Shown: positions 60,814 through 64,000 of the stretch, piece after piece
Layout: each line of letters begins with the position of its first letter
Numbering within the stretch: position 1 is the first letter of the stretch
Virus record (IMG/VR): IMGVR_UViG_3300037067_027616
Location: 352,001-416,000 of that record
Reading direction: 5' to 3' (one strand)
Source: a virus
Taxonomy: Duplodnaviria; Caudoviricetes
DNA length: 64,000 bases
Translations under genes and position numbers: made by a program
The notes under the pieces: model-generated
Database searches by the model: none
Seen by the model: the letters and a program-made list of their open reading frames with translations, nothing else
What the model was told of the DNA's origin: nothing

Positions 60814-62010
60814 ATGCAGACGAGAAATGATCAGTTGTCCGCCCGTATCCCGCTTTCAGTCAACCGTAGCCTGCACCTTTTCGTGTGGGTCGGGATCTTC
60901 TTCCTTTTTATCCTGGCTTCCTTCAACCTTTGGGAGATGCTTGATTCCGACAAAATCATGGTGATCCAAAGCCCGTTCAAGGGGACATTGAATTGGCACA
61001 CCAACGCAGGCATCAAGTGGCAAGGAATCGGAAAGGTATCAAAGTACCAAAAAAGGGACATCTACGAGTTTGAGATACCCGTGCGTTTCAACGATGGCGG
61101 ACACGGGACCATCGTGGGATCCATACAGTATGACATGCCCATTGATGCAGAGAATTTGACAGAGTTGCACACGAAATTTGGCAGCCAGAAGGCGGTGGAG
61201 TCGGCCCTCATTCAGACGGTGACCAACAAGGCGATTTACATGACGGGCCCCCTTATGTCATCTAAAGAGTCCTATGCGGAACGCAGGAATTATCTCATAC
61301 GGTACGTAGAGGATCAAATCGAGAACGGCGTGTACAAGACCGTAAGCCGTGAGCAGAAGGTCATAGATCAGATGACCGGGCAGGAGAAAACGGCCACCGT
61401 TGTCGAGATCGTGTTGAAGGATGGTATTCCGGAAAGGCAGGAGAATGCCGTGTTGCAGGAGTTCGGGATACGGACATTCAACTTCTCCATCTTGAAGTTG
61501 CCGTATGACGATGCGGTGGAAGGCCAGATTAAGGCCCAGCAACAGTTGGCGATGGACGTCCAAACCAGCATAGCCGAAGCCAAGAAAGCAGAGCAACGTG
61601 CCATCACGGTCGCCAAGAACGGCGAGGCGGAAGCCATGAAGGCAAAATGGGAGCAGGAAGTGGTTAAAGCAAAGGCCGTGACCCTTGCAGAGCAGAGTAA
61701 GGAAGTGGCAAAGCTCGAAAGGGACGCCTCTGAGTTCACTAAACAGAAGAACATCCTTGATGGAGAGGGAGAGGCCGCCAAGAAACGCCTTGTAATGCAG
61801 GCCGATGGCGCCCTTACGCAGAAGCTTGAAGCATGGGTGCAGGCGCAACAGTACTACGCCGCCGCCCTGCAGAATTTCAAAGGTAACCTCGTTCCAAGTG
61901 TCATCATGGGGGAATCCGGAAAAGGTTCGAGTAGCATGGATCTCATAAACCTTCTTACGGCGAAGACAGCGAAGGATCTTGCGTTGGACATGGAGATGAA
62001 GGGAAATTAA
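60814..62010 (+). CDS. SPFH/band-7 (prohibitin/flotillin-like) membrane protein
   Basis: N-terminal TM helix, 'VIQSP..G', 'VRFNDGG', long Ala/Glu/Lys coiled coil, 'VPSVIMG'. Confidence 0.85.
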   Translation: MQTRNDQLSARIPLSVNRSLHLFVWVGIFFLFILASFNLWEMLDSDKIMVIQSPFKGTLNWHTNAGIKWQGIGKVSKYQKRDIYEFEIPVRFNDGGHGTIVGSIQYDMPIDAENLTELHTKFGSQKAVESALIQTVTNKAIYMTGPLMSSKESYAERRNYLIRYVEDQIENGVYKTVSREQKVIDQMTGQEKTATVVEIVLKDGIPERQENAVLQEFGIRTFNFSILKLPYDDAVEGQIKAQQQLAMDVQTSIAEAKKAEQRAITVAKNGEAEAMKAKWEQEVVKAKAVTLAEQSKEVAKLERDASEFTKQKNILDGEGEAAKKRLVMQADGALTQKLEAWVQAQQYYAAALQNFKGNLVPSVIMGESGKGSSSMDLINLLTAKTAKDLALDMEMKGN

Positions 62011-62015
62011 CAGAT

Positions 62016-62065
62016 GAGGGACGGAGTGGTGGTCGCCGTCCCTCGGCGACCACCGCGGCCACCAC
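62016..62065 (+). promoter_or_regulatory. Multi-stable hairpin/pseudoknot just upstream of the TROVE-like gene RBS
   Basis: GAGGGACGG/CCGTCCCTC stem; its loop GTGGTGGTCG is complementary to both CGACCACCGC and CGGCCACCAC downstream. Confidence 0.55.
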
Positions 62066-62082
62066 ATAAAATGGAGGAACAG

Positions 62083-63672
62083 ATGAACAGGCGTGTTGCA
62101 GCTCCCGCACCTCAGGCAGTGGAATCCCAGGACAAGCGCCTTGCGCTTCTCAACGCTTTCATGACGTGTCCGCACAGGGACACCGATCGCATCAAGCAGA
62201 TCCATGACGAGGTGAGGAAGCAGGATCCTGTTTTCTACGCGCACCTTGCTTGTTGGTACGACCGTACCGGGGACATAAGGGATCACAAGGAAGTTTTCGC
62301 TTCCATGTTGACCGTTGACCCCTTCATGGACAACCGTGAGGTCGGCCTCGCCTTGTTCAGGGACATGCCCATTTTCCTCAAGAAGAGGGTCGTGGGATTC
62401 ATCAAGGGCAAGAAGGTGAAGATCCGCACCAAGACCGGTGAGAAGATGACCGTCGAAAAGGGCAAGGCGAAGGGGAAGGTCATCGAGAAGGTCCGGGTCG
62501 AAGAGCGCAAGGTCGGACTCGATGCGAACGTGCCGCACGGACTCAAGACCGAGGTGAAGAACTATCTCCGGTGGCTCGAATCCAATGACAAGCGGTGGGA
62601 CGAGGCGGCCATACGTTCGTTCTGGGATCTCAAGTATCTGTACAAGTCCGGTGGACTGCAGATCAAGCCGAGTCCCAGGGCGCAGGAGATCCTGTTCGAG
62701 GGTAAGGTACCCGAGGGAAGCAAGCTGAACGTCCTTGAGGAGTTCCGCAAGGCCAAGACCCCCGAGGAGGCTGCCAAGCTCATCGTCGAGAACAAGATCC
62801 CGTACACGGTGGCGGTCGGACTCACGGACAAGGTAACGCCAAGCATACTCGTCGCCCTTATCGAGCGGATGTCACCGCAGGAACTTTTGAACAACATCGC
62901 CTCCCTTGAGGAGAAGGGGGCCATGGCTGTTCCGGAGGTCAAGGCCATCATCGACAAGAAGTTGGTGAAGGCCAAGACGGCCAAGGGTGTATCCGCGCTC
63001 AAGTCAAAGACGGCGAAGGCCACGGGGAGGATCAAGGACGAGTCGACCGCGAAGAAGCTGGACGAAATCGCCGACACCCAGATCAAGAGCAAGGGTGTCA
63101 TCAGCCTTTCCACGGCTATTCTTATCGACCGCTCCGGGAGTATGACGGAGGCCATCGAGGTGGGTAAGAGGCTGGCTACGGTTGTTTCCGGAGCCACCGT
63201 TGCCAACCTTCAGGTTGTGGCGTTTGATTCCTCGGCCGCAGAAGTCGTATCCAAGGGCAAGACGTTGAGTGATTGGGAAGATGCGTTCAAGGGCATCAAC
63301 CCTGGCGGACAGACGTCCATCGGGTCGGCTTTGTACTACCTTCTGCGCAAGAAGGTGGTGGTCGAGCAGATCGTGGTCGTGACTGACGAGGGGGAGAACG
63401 CGCTTCCGTGGTTCACCGATATATACGAGAAGTATTGCACGGAGATGAAGGTGAAGCCCCATGTCGTGGTCATGCACGTGGGCGGAGCCGACAAGACGTT
63501 CTCTACGAACCTCACCCGGGCAAAAATCGAATTTGATACGTACACCCCGGAGGGGAGTGACTACTACGGGATGCCTGGTATCATACAGCTTTTGGCTCGT
63601 AAGTCGAAGCTCGACCTCGTCTACGAAATCATGGACGAACCCCTCCGCAAGAGGGTGCCGTTCAAGGGGTAA
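62083..63672 (+). CDS. Ro60/TROVE-like helical RNA-binding domain + vWA (MIDAS) protein
   Basis: Start reassigned to ATG 62083 (GGAGGA RBS). 'DPVFYAHLACWY…IRD' and 'LIERMSPQELLNNIASL' match TROVE-type helical motifs; vWA DRSGSM, VVAFD, GGQTS, VVTDEGEN; Lys-rich. Confidence 0.75.
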   Translation: MNRRVAAPAPQAVESQDKRLALLNAFMTCPHRDTDRIKQIHDEVRKQDPVFYAHLACWYDRTGDIRDHKEVFASMLTVDPFMDNREVGLALFRDMPIFLKKRVVGFIKGKKVKIRTKTGEKMTVEKGKAKGKVIEKVRVEERKVGLDANVPHGLKTEVKNYLRWLESNDKRWDEAAIRSFWDLKYLYKSGGLQIKPSPRAQEILFEGKVPEGSKLNVLEEFRKAKTPEEAAKLIVENKIPYTVAVGLTDKVTPSILVALIERMSPQELLNNIASLEEKGAMAVPEVKAIIDKKLVKAKTAKGVSALKSKTAKATGRIKDESTAKKLDEIADTQIKSKGVISLSTAILIDRSGSMTEAIEVGKRLATVVSGATVANLQVVAFDSSAAEVVSKGKTLSDWEDAFKGINPGGQTSIGSALYYLLRKKVVVEQIVVVTDEGENALPWFTDIYEKYCTEMKVKPHVVVMHVGGADKTFSTNLTRAKIEFDTYTPEGSDYYGMPGIIQLLARKSKLDLVYEIMDEPLRKRVPFKG

Positions 63673-63677
63673 AGATC

Positions 63678-63920
63678 GTGTTCGACTTTGAAAACCTGGA
63701 AGCCGACCTCAAGGATCTCCTCTCGCGTTCGCGGGAGGATGGTTCTTCTTTTGGGTCGTATGTGGAATCGTTCGCGAGTAAATGGCTGGTGAAAACCGAG
63801 CCTATGAAGCATGACATAGTCACACGTTTCTTGAGCGAGAACAAGAGTCCCGCGAGGATACGTCCGCTTGATATGCGCGGCGTACCCCCCGATGGGATGG
63901 GGAAGGCTGATAGTGCGTGA
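63678..63920 (+). CDS. Small hypothetical protein
   Basis: GTG start; GTGA overlap with next gene. Confidence 0.5.
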   Translation: MFDFENLEADLKDLLSRSREDGSSFGSYVESFASKWLVKTEPMKHDIVTRFLSENKSPARIRPLDMRGVPPDGMGKADSA

Positions 63921-64000
63921 ACGACATCCTGTCTGTCATATCCAAGATGGCCTCCGCGGAGTCAACTCTCCTCGGTAGCACCTTCGTGGCACCCGTAGCC
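63917..64000 (+). CDS. Start of next operon gene (3'-truncated): MNDILSVISKMASAESTLLGSTFVAPVA…
   Basis: GTG overlapping the previous stop; frame open to the window end. Confidence 0.55.
   Translation, partial: MNDILSVISKMASAESTLLGSTFVAPVA

Noticed and set aside
62014-62082. N-terminal extension MRDGVVVAVPRRPPRPPHK of the TROVE-like ORF
   Set aside because: Better explained as a structured intergenic element; strong RBS precedes ATG 62083.
61258-62538. Long antisense ORFs (also 35292..36386, 41035..42012, 53025..53690, 62562..63206)
   Set aside because: Shadows of well-supported + strand genes caused by codon bias.

Overview
This 64-kb window is part of a large tailed-phage (jumbo-phage-like) genome in the standard genetic code, with almost every gene on the + strand. 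(i) 1-34,900 is a virion/baseplate/fibre module. It holds many PKD, beta-propeller, beta-helix and Gly-X-Thr collagen-like proteins, with an embedded glycan-modification cassette (TylF O-methyltransferase, two glycosyltransferases, two radical SAM enzymes, a GH30-like protein). (ii) 35,000-50,300 covers replication and nucleotide metabolism: SNF2, DnaC-like, DnaB, CHC2 Zn finger, family A DNA polymerase, sigma-like factor, Apyc1-like MBL, SLOG/DprA-like, NAD ligase, dCMP deaminase and ParB. (iii) 50,400-59,480 is accessory genes. (iv) 59,456-64,000 is the most striking part. A sigma70-type promoter and an intrinsic terminator bracket a ~600-nt non-coding unit made of four paralogous structured RNAs. 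Each has a long closing stem, a conserved core (UCCAY...GGCGUACA / ACGCA...GACUU) and a swappable apical cargo: a tRNA cloverleaf in units 1 and 3, and simple hairpins in units 2 and 4. All four apical loops contain UAA. Directly downstream lie a ubiquitin-like small protein (…RPEAVFG-TR), a small membrane protein, an SPFH/band-7 protein and a Ro60/TROVE-like vWA protein. I propose this is a phage-encoded Ro/Y-RNA-like (vault-reminiscent) ribonucleoprotein system coupled to Ubl conjugation. The RNA structures are seen directly in the sequence. Protein family calls come from motif recognition only, and function is inference.
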